A stretch of 63,266 bases of DNA, counting the filler, from Octopus bimaculoides (lineage: Eukaryota): the NCBI RefSeq assembly GCF_001194135.2. It is 7 parts of 7 records of this genome, joined end to end, with 100 filler letters (N's around TTAATTAATTAA, not from the genome) between each part and the next. Parts side by side here need not be neighbours in the genome. Positions count along the whole stretch, not along the records: positions 1 to 18,664 come from NC_068987.1; 6 more parts are not named here. The stretch is one strand, 5' to 3'. Below are positions 1-11,707 of the stretch, in pieces (the stretch's first letter is position 1; each line of letters starts with the position of its first letter). Both the position numbers and the translations under genes were made by a program. The notes under the pieces are model-generated. The model made no database searches. It saw only the letters and a list, made by a program, of their open reading frames with translations, and was not told the origin of the DNA.

Positions 1-31
<31 letters not shown>

Positions 32-578
32 CATATATATATATACACTCATATAAACATGTGTGAGTATAAATATATATGTATGTGTATGTATGTATGA
101 ATGTATGTACGAGCATACATACACACATAAACCATTGATAAAGTAAATTTACTTGCCTTAATAGCTTCATAACCTCAGGCAATTCCCATTAAACCTTATC
201 AGATTAATTTAACTAAAAACTTCCGATTTTCTTTCTTTTTATTTACTCTTTAGATTGAGTTTACTTTTTTTTTCCTCTTGAAGTCAGGTACACTGTAGTT
301 ATTGGAAAAAACAATTAAATAATGTGCATGACTAATATAAAAATTGCAATCCAATTAAGCAAGGTGCTCCAAGCAAGTGTAATTATTTAATTTACTCGGG
401 GGAATAAAGAAAGAAAACCGATACGAACTTATGTGAACCCATACACCAGGTATTTGGTACTTCATTCATTAAGTTCACTCGTCTTCAAAATAGCGATGAA
501 GATAAACCAGATGTTTTGAACTGGACGGATAAAAGACAAAGTTAACGCTGGAAGTGTTTGAATTCTTTTGAGTGTGAT

Positions 579-650
579 GTGATCTAACGTGTAACGTGAT
601 CTAACGTGTAACGTGATTTAACGTGAAACGTGATTTAACGTGTAACGTGA
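579..650. repeat. 17-bp minisatellite (GTGAT(C/T)TAACGTG(T/A)AAC) x4
   Basis: Units start at 579, 596, 613 and 630. Confidence 0.9.
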
Positions 651-721
651 CACGATGCATTTTATCAACCACCTGTGCTACCACCTTCATCTACGCTACT
701 ATTATCATAATAATAATTAAG

Positions 722-915
722 GTAGTAAGTTGGCACGCCGGACAAAAAATTCTAAGTAGTATTTCGCTCCTGTTTACGTTCAGAATCCAAATTCCGTCGA
801 GGTGGACTTTGCCGGTTATCTTGTCGGGATCGATAAAATAAGTATCAACTGAATACTTAAGTCGATGTAATCGACCATCCCGTCCCCTATTTTGCTGGCC
901 ATGTGTCAAATTTGC
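722..915 (+). mobile_element. SINE family A (tRNA-derived), degenerate
   Basis: CAAATTCCGTCGAGGTGGACTTTGCC..GATCGATAAAATAAGTA..GTCGATGTAATCGACC. Confidence 0.7.
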
Positions 916-1492
916 AATCATCATTATCATCATTATTGTTTTACTTTTGAGAACGCCCAGTCTTTTTTTGTTCTGGTAGTTTCTGTGAGAGCGGACAGAA
1001 GTCTGCTGTCAGAGGTCTGCAAACAAATTATGTAGGCCGTTATAAATGGAAACTTATTCGGCGAATAAAGGCAGAAGATTATGTTAATTAATTCCATCTC
1101 TACAGACAGGTAATATTCAGAGTGGTCACCTTTTCTGCACTCCTTTTTCACCTCGCACCCACAGAGTTGACGATCGTCTTGAATATGTATGCAAATATGA
1201 TGGGATGGCAATCATCTATATATTGACGTCTTCTAGTTGCACGCAGATGATAAAACACAAAATCACTGCTACTGACACTAGATTGATTTAGTTGAAGAAT
1301 TTATTCCAGATTCAGGTACGAAGGTGGTAAGTTAAATTTGAAAAGAGTTAAGCTCTATGATATGGTTTTAGTGTGTTTTGTCGGAAAAGCTTTGATGCTG
1401 CACTGCGACCAAGAATCTTTCAATTTTAATTTGAGTCATGCTTGAATTTTTCTTTGTCTACTTCCATTTTGTTAGTATTTTTCAAATAAAAT

Positions 1493-1670
1493 GCAGCAAG
1501 CTGGCAGAATCGTTAGCATGCCGAGCAACCACTGAAGAGCATTTCGTATGTATTTAAGTTCTGAGTTCAAATTCTGTCGATGTCGACTTTGCCTGTCATC
1601 TTTTCAGGGTCGATAAACTACGTGCCAAATCGAGTACTAGGGTCGATTTAATCGACTATCCGCCTCCTGC
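1493..1670 (+). mobile_element. SINE family A
   Basis: AGCTGGCAGAATCGTTAGCA..CTGAGTTCAAATTC..GTCGACTTTGCC..GGTCGATAAA. Confidence 0.85.
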
Positions 1671-1689
1671 GAACTGGCTAGATCACGTC

Positions 1690-1853
1690 TATTAGATCGC
1701 TTCCCGTTGATTGGTACTTTATTTTATCTACCATGTAAGAATGAAAGGCAACCTTGACTTCGGTAGTTTTTGAACTCAGAACGTAAAGATTCAAAAGAAA
1801 TGCCGTTAAGCATTTTGTCCAGTGTGTTAACGATTATTCCAGCTCACCGTCTT
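1690..1853 (-). mobile_element. SINE family A, inverted relative to 1493-1670
   Basis: GGTACTTTATTTTATC..ATGAAAGGCAA..TTTGAACTCAGAACG..TAACGATT..CCAGCTCACC. Confidence 0.8.
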
Positions 1854-2649
1854 AATAATAAGAACATACAGTGCTAAGGCATAACTAATAATGGACAAGG
1901 AGAAAGATGAGAACATTTATCATGAGCAACGGCTGTAATTTTTAGAATTTTTCAATATACTGTAGGAAGAAGATGAATAGATTAAGAATTATAAAAGAAC
2001 AAAGAAAAGTTAACAAGCAAAAATCTCCATCTTTAAGGGCAAAAGAACATAGATATTTCTTGGCATTAATGGCACTTGCTGGAAGTAATGTTTTTGTCTT
2101 TTTATTGCGAGTAATGATATCCTGAAAAAGATACGAGTAAATAATAACGTTTATACATGTTATGCTGAGCTGTTACACTGTGCAGCTGTTATATTGCGAA
2201 TCCACTTGTGTTTTAGCAATATTACGTATTGGTTTTATAACAAAAATATCATTTCATGGTGGAAATGGAGACTCTAGAGACAAGAATAATACCATAAACA
2301 ATATGTTTCCTCTGTTTCAGAAAACAATATCAAAAACAGATTAAACAAATACAAATTAAGATAAAAAGCCTCACAGACTTCAGTAGAAGAAATAAAATAA
2401 TGAATCAAGGCAAAGATGGAGAAAATAAATGATATCTCTGACAGATAAAATATTATAAACAAAGCAAGATGTTTATTTATGACTGATGAAAGAGAATTTC
2501 AGTAATAATCGAACATTGTTGGAAAATAACCAAAACAAACATCAATAAATACAGGTAAATCAAAACAATACTTCTTGTGGGTTTGGCACAGGACACACAC
2601 TGGACAACAGTACATAGGATTTTAAAATGCATGAAAGTAAATCTATAGA

Positions 2650-3160
2650 CGCACGCCTGGTTGTATGATCAAGAAGCTTGCTTTTCAATCTTGTGGTATT
2701 GGGTTCGATCCGATTGCTTAGCAACTTGGGCAATAAGCTTTTATTATAGATGCAGGCTCACTTTACACCATTTAAGTTATTCGGAACTCCATATTTGATG
2801 CATTTGGATGCGTAAGTTCAATGGATCATCTGGGGAACAATCTATCGCATAGTGCTACAGAGACTAAGTCATACTGTTGCAAAATATTTGATCTCTGTAA
2901 CACAATATATGGGTGTCATGTGTGTCTTTGTGACTGTGTGTGTCTGTCTTTCTTTTTATGTTTGGCCCCACTCCCCTCATAACTTGACAGCTACTGTTGC
3001 TTTGTTTGCATCCTCGCAACTTAGCGGTTTGGTAAAAGGAAATGATAAAACAAGTGCAGGACATAAAATTACTTGCTGAGGCCGATTTGCTTGACTAAAC
3101 ACTTCAGAGAAGTGCTCCAACATAGCCGCAGTTCAACTGGTTGAAATAAGCAAAAGACGT
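2650..3160 (+). mobile_element. SINE family B (tRNA head, CORE-like domain, internal microsatellite, 3' module), degenerate
   Basis: AAGAAGCTTGC..GGGTTCGATCC..CTTGGGCAA head; 3' module AACTTAGCGGTT..GTGCTCCAACATAGCCGCAG. Confidence 0.65.
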
Positions 3161-3600
3161 ATATTTAATCCATGGAAGAAATAATGAGGAGTTTGCGGAT
3201 GTGTTAGGTTGGAAATATTTTAGCTCTGATAGCATTCAAAGTTTCTGGTTTGAGACAATTTCAGTTTGACAAGATTACTTACGAAAGAGAACATAGAAGA
3301 CAAACAGAACAGAAGTGATCAACAACAGCCACATCACAAGATTACTTCAAGTGTTGGAATGAATGACATTGTTGAAAGCTGATGTCATATACATGTTCAT
3401 ATCACTACAACATTTACTCCATGAGGAATCCAACTACAGCTGATAGATAACAAAGGCAAGATGAGGTCCGCTTTAGAAGTTGAAGAGGAAAGAGAAAAAA
3501 TAGAGATGAGATGGATCGTATTCGAAAAAGATGCAATTCTTTTATGCCTGAATAATAATGTCCTTGTAAAGATATCTGATATCTGTGAAATAATATATTA
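3160..3600 (+). mobile_element. Highly decayed RT N-terminal part of an R4/Dong-like (restriction-like endonuclease, RLE) non-LTR retrotransposon
   Basis: Residual WKYFSSDSIQSFW (cf. WKAPGPDGIQGFW) and WIVFEKD (cf. WIDYKKA), with stops and frameshifts; bounded by SINE insertions. Confidence 0.5.
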
Positions 3601-3602
3601 TT

Positions 3603-4030
3603 GTAAGTGTGGTTGTATGGTTGTATGGTTAAGCAGTGTGCTTTGCAATGAAGAGGCTTCGGGTTCAGTCCCACTTCGTCACAACTTGAGAGACGGGGTA
3701 AGGTGTCTCCTGCAATTGCCCCGGGTAAACCAATTCTTTGTGATTGGGTTTAGTCGACGAAAACCGCGTGGGACCACGTCGTATACAGATGTGTGTGTGT
3801 GTGTGTGTGATTTTGTATCTGTGTTTGTCATCCCCACCCCAACCCAATCGCTTGAAAATTGGTGTTGGGTTCTTTTTTTTTTGCGCTCCCATAACTTAGC
3901 GGTTCAGCAAATGAGTTCGACAAAATAAGTACCACATAAAAAAAAACTTACGTTTTGCGATCGATTTCTTCGATTAAAGCCCTTTAAGATGTTGCTCCAG
4001 CATGTCCGTAGTCAAATAACTGAAACAAAA
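3603..4030 (+). mobile_element. SINE family B, full-length, degenerate
   Basis: GGGTTCAGTCCCACT head, (GT)n at ~3790-3810, then TAACTTAGCGGTTCAGCAAA..GCTCCAGCATG..CAAATAACTGAAACA. Confidence 0.75.
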
Positions 4031-4349
4031 ATGTATTAAACCAGCACAAAACTTTAGTGAATCAAGTTGATAGTTGATCAAAGAATAAAAATCATGAATT
4101 TGTCATCTTCTGTTTTCGCGCCTGACTTNNNNNNNNNNNNNNNNNNNNNNNNNNNNNNNNNNNNNNNNNNNNNNNNNNNNNNNNNAGAGGTAATCGGTTT
4201 AACTGGATCTCCAAACGGATTAGTGATTATTTTATTAACTGCAGAAAGATGAAAAGTAACATCGACACTGATTGGACTTTAACTCAGAATAAAAAGGGGC
4301 GTAGAATAGATTTCTTTCGCTGAACTAATTCTGCTCTCCATATTTCTGA

Positions 4350-4625
4350 TGTTTATGTTACGTTTCGTATCAGGAAAATTGTTCCAAACAATTGTTCGAA
4401 ATCAATTATTCGAAAAACAGTTATTAGAAATAAATACCATTTGTCTACTTGATTTTTAATTTTATCATTTTTGTGCAAATAAAATGAAAAATTTAGAATA
4501 ATTAACATTTCGTACAATTGTCCGTTTGAATAATTTTCATTCGTACAATTTTCCATTCGAATAAATGTTTTTCGTATAATTTTTTTCGAACATTTCTTTT
4601 CGAACAATTTTCACATAATCGTAAT
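4350..4625. mobile_element. Small fold-back/MITE-like element built of ~16-18-bp subrepeats
   Basis: Left side GAAAATTGTTC.., AATTGTTCGAA; right side repeated TTCG(T/A)A(C/T)AATTTT, the reverse complement. Confidence 0.5.
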
Positions 4626-4689
4626 GTTTATTTATGTAGCTAGTGTATATATGAAAATGAAACGAACGATAACACTTGTGCAAACTTAA

Positions 4690-5525
4690 GGAAAAACATT
4701 AACGGTTTAATATCGATGGGTGACCTCAAACTTTATTCAAATGGTAAGTCGGAGATTGATACTTGAACAGTTGGTGAGAATGTTCAGCTGAGATAATACG
4801 ATACAATAGGATATCGACGATTATACAATGCTTATAGAAAAGGAGGAAATCGGGTTAAGAAGCAAGTGAATTACTTCTTTAGACAACAAAGAACTAAAAT
4901 CCCTGAAGACAGGCGAGATATATGAATACAAATCTATGGTATAGAATTACTAGGTTAGACACATGAAAAAGAACAAAGAATTCAATGAGGGAAAATAATT
5001 CTTGGATAAAGAATATACGGGAAAAACTAAATAGTAATATTATCACCCAAGGCACCAGAACTTGAGTAATGCCAATATTGAGATAGTCTGCTCTATCTTC
5101 TTTTATACATGTTAAACTACTAAGAGCAGAATAATAGACGCTACAAAAAGATGTAAAGAACAGTCAGCGGGTTGTGTACACAACGTAGTTTTGGTAAATT
5201 GTTTATATTGAGAGAAAACATAAGAGAAATAAGTTTAGCAGACACAAGACTGTGGGCAAATATAGAGCTGAAAGAAAATATGTTATGAAACGCAAGGAAC
5301 CTTATTTAGGAAATAAGGATGATAAATCAAATGTCCATACAGGCCAAAACAAAAGGTATAGATCAAATAAAAGAAGTATGTCGGAGAGATAGATTGAGTG
5401 AGAAAGAGAGTGAAAGAGCGAGAGAGAGAGCTAGATCATGGCCACACAAGAACATCAATTAGAAAAAGCTTTGTTAAAGCTAGGATAGAAGCCAGCAAAA
5501 TATTAAATACCGGATGTGTAGAAGG
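4690..5525 (+). mobile_element. Decayed R4/Dong-like RT to zinc-knuckle segment
   Basis: KNINGLISMGDLKLY (cf. INHLLFMDDLKLY) and ATQE..IRKSFVKARIE..KYRMC (cf. AAQDQALRTNYIKAKID..KCRMC) across frameshifts. Confidence 0.55.
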
Positions 5526-5581
5526 CTGGCCATGGCCGTTTATCACACACACATGTATTCACACACACACACACACACACA

Positions 5582-5620
<39 letters not shown>

Positions 5621-6744
5621 GTGTGTCTGTGTATTATTAGCCACACAGAGGTTAGTAGGCAATCTAGATTCAAATTAAAATGAAAAATTGTTAAAAAATA
5701 ACCAAGCTGTTTTAGAAAATGAGTTTCGTCATGTCACATGGGATCATTCCCTCTGTAAACTGTGTGGAAATTTGATCTGATAACAAGAAAAAAGTTAAGT
5801 CCATAGATTTTGTTATGTAGCTTGCATTGCGGAGATACTGGCAGAATCGTTTGAATATCAGATAAAAATACGTTGTTTTATTTGCTCCGCCTCTTTACAT
5901 TCTTAGTTCTATTCCTACTGATGTCAACTTTACCAACAGCTTTGAAGGAATGTGTAAGTCGACGGCTGAGGCGACGAAATAAGTGGTTGGACTGAAAGCA
6001 TCGGAGCATGGTTTATTATTATTATAACAGTATTTCAAACAAATGATTGTAATTCGATTTCCGAGTTGTAAAAACAGCTATGGTGTTTTCTGTAATTATT
6101 GTAAGTAAAATTCGTATTAGCACTAAATCATAACATATCTTCGCATGATAAGCCGATCATTTTGTTATACTATGAAAATGTATATCATAAAAATCTAATT
6201 CCTTACGCTGGTAATGTTTATACTTTGTAGCTGTTTAATCCTAAGTCGTTCCTGATCAAACAGACTACCATCAGAGGAACTTCAGCCAAGACTGTCCAGC
6301 TTTTTTTTTTTCATCAAGATCACATTAGCCTATGAATCTTTCGCTATTGACGGCAAAGAATTAGAGTCTGAATAACTGCGAAGAGTCTCTTCGGTTACCT
6401 TATAGTACAGTGTGGTAGATAAATATTATCAAATATCATTAGTAGTTATCTAATGAGTAGTTATTTAATCAATTTTGTCAAGTCAGCCATACTGAATATC
6501 AACTCTCAAGAAAACGAGACACCACTCATTATGAAAAGTCCTGCTCACTAAAATATCTGACATCGACGCCGTTAATGAGAATAATTATGAAATATTATTT
6601 CATTGACAAAATACGAAGATAGTTCTTTTTGGTATTGACTATTACATTGCAGAAATACGGCTGGTAATTATTCTATCGATTACATCTGGCTGAAATGTAA
6701 TTAAATACCGAAACAAATTTTGTTAGTCGCTCCTTAGCATACTA

Positions 6745-6789
6745 ATGATGATGATGATAATAATAATAGTAATAATAATAATAATAATA

Positions 6790-6858
<69 letters not shown>
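6745..6858. repeat. (GAT)n(AAT)n microsatellite
   Basis: Direct read. Confidence 0.95.
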
Positions 6859-7206
6859 GAAGCCACGACAATTTAGCGAGGCTTGTCCATTGGACATTTT
6901 GCAACAAGTATGGACAGACCAAAATTCGGTACGACCACAAACCGAAGGCATCGTCGAAAATAGAAACGCAAAGATCCTATAGAATTTTATGATTCGATGC
7001 GACCATGAGATAGAGAATAGAAAGCCAGACATAGTTTTAATTGAGAAAGAAAACAAACTATGCTGGATCATAGATATAGCATTCCCAGCTGACAACAAGG
7101 TATGCGATAAGGAAGATAGAAAAGTCGAAGATATGACAGGTTAGCTTGGGAAGTTAAGCAGTTGTGGTCGATGAAAAAGGCAGCAGTAGTACCAATAATT
7201 GTTGAA
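6859..7206 (+). mobile_element. R4/Dong-like RLE endonuclease fragment abutting (AAT)n
   Basis: HDNLARLVHW...YDHKP..VEN..KIL*NFMIRCDHEIENRKPDIVLIEKENKLCWIIDIAFPADNKVCDKE...AWEVKQLW..VVPIIV, the PD-(D/E)xK signature. Confidence 0.85.
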
Positions 7207-7239
7207 ATATATGTTTTCAGAGGCGAATAAGCGTCGACA

Positions 7240-7307
7240 GCTAGCAGGCCATACTACTCCAGACTGATGATGAGCAATGACTCTGAAACTAGTCTCTGGA
7301 TGCTGGC
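7240..7307 (+). ncRNA. Minimal type-I hammerhead ribozyme motif
   Basis: Stem I TCCAGA(7258-7263)/TCTGGA(7295-7300); core CTGATGA 7264-7270; stem II GAG/CTC closed by a U.U mismatch; GAAA 7285-7288; palindromic stem III ACTAGT; GTC cleavage triplet ending at 7294; distal stem I extension GCTAGCA/TGCTGGC. Confidence 0.7.
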
Positions 7308-7554
7308 TTTGCTGGGTGAAGGTGCTTATATCCCCTTTGAAAACGTAAGGACACAGAAAATGTATCATGACCAGCTGGAAACAGTGTTTCCTGGGGCTAA
7401 ATAGCAGTAGCATTCTTCCCTTTCATGGGACTGTCACATTAAGTTGACAACATACCATCACTTTATAAAAATATACTTTGTATAGAATGAACAAGTAAAG
7501 TAAAATCAATGATCATAGAGCACACGTAGAATAATAATAATAATTTTTGCCAGG

Positions 7555-7750
7555 CAAAACAAGGTACTCCGGACAGAATGCTTAGCGGCATTTCGTCCGT
7601 CTTTCTAACTTCAAATTCCGCCGGGATTGACTTTGCCGTTCAGCCATTCGGGTTCGATAAAATAAGTTCCAGTTGAACACTGCGGTTGATGTAATCGATT
7701 TTCTGACTGTCACGACGTTGCTGGCCTTTTGCTAAATTTGAAACCAATTA
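7555..7750 (+). mobile_element. SINE family A
   Basis: AATGCTTAGCGGCATTTCG..TTCAAATTCCGCCGGGATTGACTTTGCC..TCGATAAAATAAG. Confidence 0.8.
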
Positions 7751-9834
7751 TTTCAGCAAAGAACAAACTAATACTTGTTTCCAGAAAAATCTACCCGACC
7801 TCTTCATGTTTGAGTACCTGCTACATCATTCCTAGCAAATGTGGAATGCACGATCCATTTTATTTCCTACGCCATACTCACTATCGTCATTCAGTTACAA
7901 ATTTTTCCAGCAAACAAGTTCTTTTCTCCTTATTTAATTTCTCTCTAAAGTGTAACTTGAATAATTTAGAAAGAGCTGCATTGACAAAGTCACGATCATT
8001 GTATTACTTATATTACATTTAAATCTATGCAAAGATTATCGCAGCGATTATTGCACGTAATGCAAGTCTACACATTAAAATTATAATTTGTCGGCATCCC
8101 ATGTGACAGTTACACTTTCTCGATGGATGGGGTTAAACAATGATGAAACTTGAGCATTATAACATGCGCACCCACAGGTCAAGAAATTTTAATGTGTGGC
8201 TTCCGTCAAACTTGGAAGTAGTCCATTTTGATGCTTCTGGAGGTGACTGACGGTTGTAAAACTACTTTCGAACTAAGATGATAGTTCATCCTATTACATC
8301 TATAATGATAGGGGTTGAAACTTTATTACCTAATTCCGGAGGCAATATAAGGCAAAGTAATTCAATTAGACAGAAAATATAATGAACAACAAAACACGGC
8401 ATTCGCTGTATTTAAATCGTTCTTTCAATTACTACTATACTAATTAGAGGTAAAATTTTGCCACAAGTTTTTCAGATAATTATTTACTAATTACCGAATG
8501 AGAGAGTGTTATTTCACACTAGTTCTTATCTAAATAGATTTCTGATGTGATTTAGGGTACAATAACCAAACAAACTTCGGCAATCTTTAGTAATTCTGCA
8601 CCTGGTGGCGTGTGTCACCTGGTTCAGAAATACTAATTACTAATTGAGCTACTTTTCCAAGTAATCTTATTTGCCCTATTTCGAATATTCCTTTCATTTT
8701 GCAATTTGAAGACCTGGTCATCTGCGTACAATCAAATGCAATCCATAGTGAAATATTTATTTAAAAAAGGCTAAGAAAATTCCAAAACACAGTTGTATCT
8801 TTAAAACCATAAATTGAAAGTACTTGAGGCACGAGGCAGGTGTATGTGAATGTGCGTAGAGTCAATTAAATCAACCCCCAATACATGGTTAGTGATTATT
8901 GTACTGTCTCCAGAGGGATGACGAAACAACTCGAAATCCTGCTGCATTTAACACAGAGAATGTAAAACAACATGTCAGAAAAAAGTATTTGGACCAACGA
9001 TTAGCCAATTCTGTTATAATCTGAATATCTTTTCATTAAGAACAATGTTAATTTCGTGTCAGCTTGGTGGTACACTTGCTAGAATATTCGTCGGAATACT
9101 ACCCGTACTTCTTCTATCGATCCTATGGAAATCAGAACTTATTACAGTAATTCTCTGAACTAAATGTTGCAAACATCTGTGTTGGTTTTCTACCGTGTTA
9201 TCCTCAGAAAAAAAGCCATTACAATTTTTTTTTTTTAAAAGAAGAAAATTAATACAAGTAGCATAATACAATAAAAATAAGATAAAGAAAGAAAACACAG
9301 GCGAACGAATGATAGTAAACAAAATACAAAAGTAAATGAATACTAAAATTTCAATTAAAAACCACTCTAAAATTAAGCAAACAATGGAACAATAAGAAAT
9401 TAAAAAAATGAAGTTTAAATGTGACAAGATGATGTCTAGTAAAAGTGATCAATCACCAAACAAACGACAGGTCGTACTGCTCGGAAAGTGTAAAAATACA
9501 ATAGAAAGGAAATAACATCTCTCCAACCAATCAATATCTATTCGATAGTGATGTAATATTGCTGGTGAATAACGACTTTCATAGTATTTCCATTAAATTG
9601 AAAATAAATATATAAAATAGTTATAAAATAATAATAAAACATATTTATCCTGAAATGTGTTTGTCGTTATGAGAACACCATCAATACACTACGACCGCGA
9701 CCGTTATTAGAACGAAGATGTTATAAAAGAGCCTTTTTACGTGGGAGGCTGTTTAGTGTCCTACACAAAACAAACAAATCTCAAATACCACCATTCCTTT
9801 CATACAGACATACACACACTTGTATATATATATT

Positions 9835-9975
9835 GGTTTCAAATTTTGGGACAAAACTAACAAGTTCGGGGTTAAATCGATTAATCGACCCCAGTGCTGA
9901 AATGGACATTATTTTATCGATGCCGAAAGGATAAAAGGCAAAGTCGACCTCAGCAGAACTTGAACTCAAAACGCA
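9835..9975 (-). mobile_element. SINE family A, 3' part
   Basis: TGGTTTCAAATTTTGG..ATCGACCCCAGTG..AAAGGCAAAGTCGACCTC..TTGAACTC. Confidence 0.8.
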
Positions 9976-10047
9976 TGAAATGTCGGTAACGATTGTGCCA
10001 ACTTACCTGTATGTATGTATATATATATATACATACATATATGTATG

Positions 10048-10119
<72 letters not shown>

Positions 10120-10121
<2 letters not shown>

Positions 10122-10260
10122 AGACGGGCTTCCACACAGTTTTCTTCAAACAAATTTACTCGTAGGGTATTGGTTGACATAGGATTATAGTAGAAGACAT
10201 TTGCCACAAGATGCCGTACAGTGGGACTGAACTGGAGCTCGTTAGCCCTTTAGCTATGCC
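10120..10260 (-). mobile_element. SINE family B, 5' half
   Basis: GACGGGCTT..TATAGTAGAAGACATTTGCC..CAGTGGGACTGAAC next to a (CA)n/(TA)n tract. Confidence 0.75.
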
Positions 10261-10460
10261 TGAACAGATGACAAGCGACCTGAGCATATACGTTATACAT
10301 TCGAGACAACAACATTAGCAAATTGAATACCAATGGTATTGCCACCATTTCAATGCCTTTGCCACACATCTATTTCATGCTTTCGTTTTCTTATTTTGCA
10401 GCAATTATTTTCTTACATTGCAGTTTTGCTTCATCAGGTACACATATGTTATGTGATAAA

Positions 10461-10565
<105 letters not shown>

Positions 10566-11294
10566 GAAAGAGAGAGCTGTTCTATTTACAAAAACAAGAC
10601 GTCATCATAATTTATTGTTTCTGAGTACAGACATGAATAGACTTGCCACAACGAGAGAGAAAATATCGATTTGTTAACGAAGGTACATAAGTAAAAGTAT
10701 TTTCTGAGTGTTTGGACCGTAAAATAGATGGTATCGATCTCAGTGGCTGACGAGTGATAATTCTATCGACGTGTTAAAGAAAAAGACTTCGTCGGGATTT
10801 GAACTCATAATATGCGATGTAGTCTGTGGCTCTACCGATTCTTACATCACCTACAAACACACATGCACAAGCACACTCACATTTCATCTGCTCTTGCCAT
10901 TGGGCTGTGGCCATGCTGGTGTACTGTCTTAAAACGTTTAGTCGCTGGTACTTGTTCTACAGTTCATTTTTGCTATGCTTGATCGCTAAATTATAAGAGC
11001 ATAAACAAACTAATACCGGATATAAAGCTGTAATGATTTGTTTACACAAAGTTACACACACACACACTCACACACACACACACACACACACACNNNNNNN
11101 NNNNNNNNNNNNNNNNNNNNNNNNNNNNNNNNNNNNNNNNNNNNNNNNNNNNNNNNNNNNNNNNNNAGATGGTGAATATGCTCCGGAATAATCATTTAAA
11201 GATGTTTTTGTTAATGTTGTTATTGTTTTTGTTGAATAAAATTTATTGAAAAGAAGCCGCAATAATTATGCACCAACCCAATACTATCGCCGAA

Positions 11295-11707
11295 AAGGCA
11301 GCGAGCTGGCAGAAACGTTAGCACGCCGGGCGAAATGCTTAGCGGTATTTCGTCTGCCGCTACGTTCTGAGTTCAAATTCCGCCGAGGTTGACTTTGCCT
11401 TTCATCCTTTCGGGGTCGATAAATTAAGTACCAGTTACGCACTGGGGTCGATATAACCGACTTAATCCGTTTGTTTGTCCCCTCTGTGTGTAGCCTCTTG
11501 TGGGCATTAAAGAAATAAGAATCGTTAGCACGCTGGACGAAGTGCTTAGCAGTATTTCGCCCTTCGCTACCTTCTGAGTTCGAATTTCACCGATGTCGAA
11601 TGTGTCTTTCATCTCTTCGGAGTCGATAAAATAAGTACCATTGGGGTCGATGTAATCAACTTGTCCCCTCCCCCAAAATTGCTGCCCTTGTGACAAAATT
11701 TGAAACC
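11295..11707 (+). mobile_element. Head-to-tail dimer of SINE family A (young unit 11295-11517, older unit 11518-11707 with a different tail)
   Basis: Near-consensus first unit ends ..AAAGAAATA and is joined directly to AGAATCGTTAGCACG.., which ends ..CCCCAAAATT..TGAAACC. Confidence 0.9.

Noticed and set aside
8420-8650. Cluster of TAATTA words suggesting a homeodomain enhancer
   Set aside because: Expected by chance at this AT content; it cannot be supported without conservation data.
10380-10445. CTGATGA on the minus strand (similar bare cores at 2483, 10748, 13700, 27686, 42198, 52140)
   Set aside because: No correctly placed stem II plus GAAA and no stem I pairing; several are decayed parts of other repeats.
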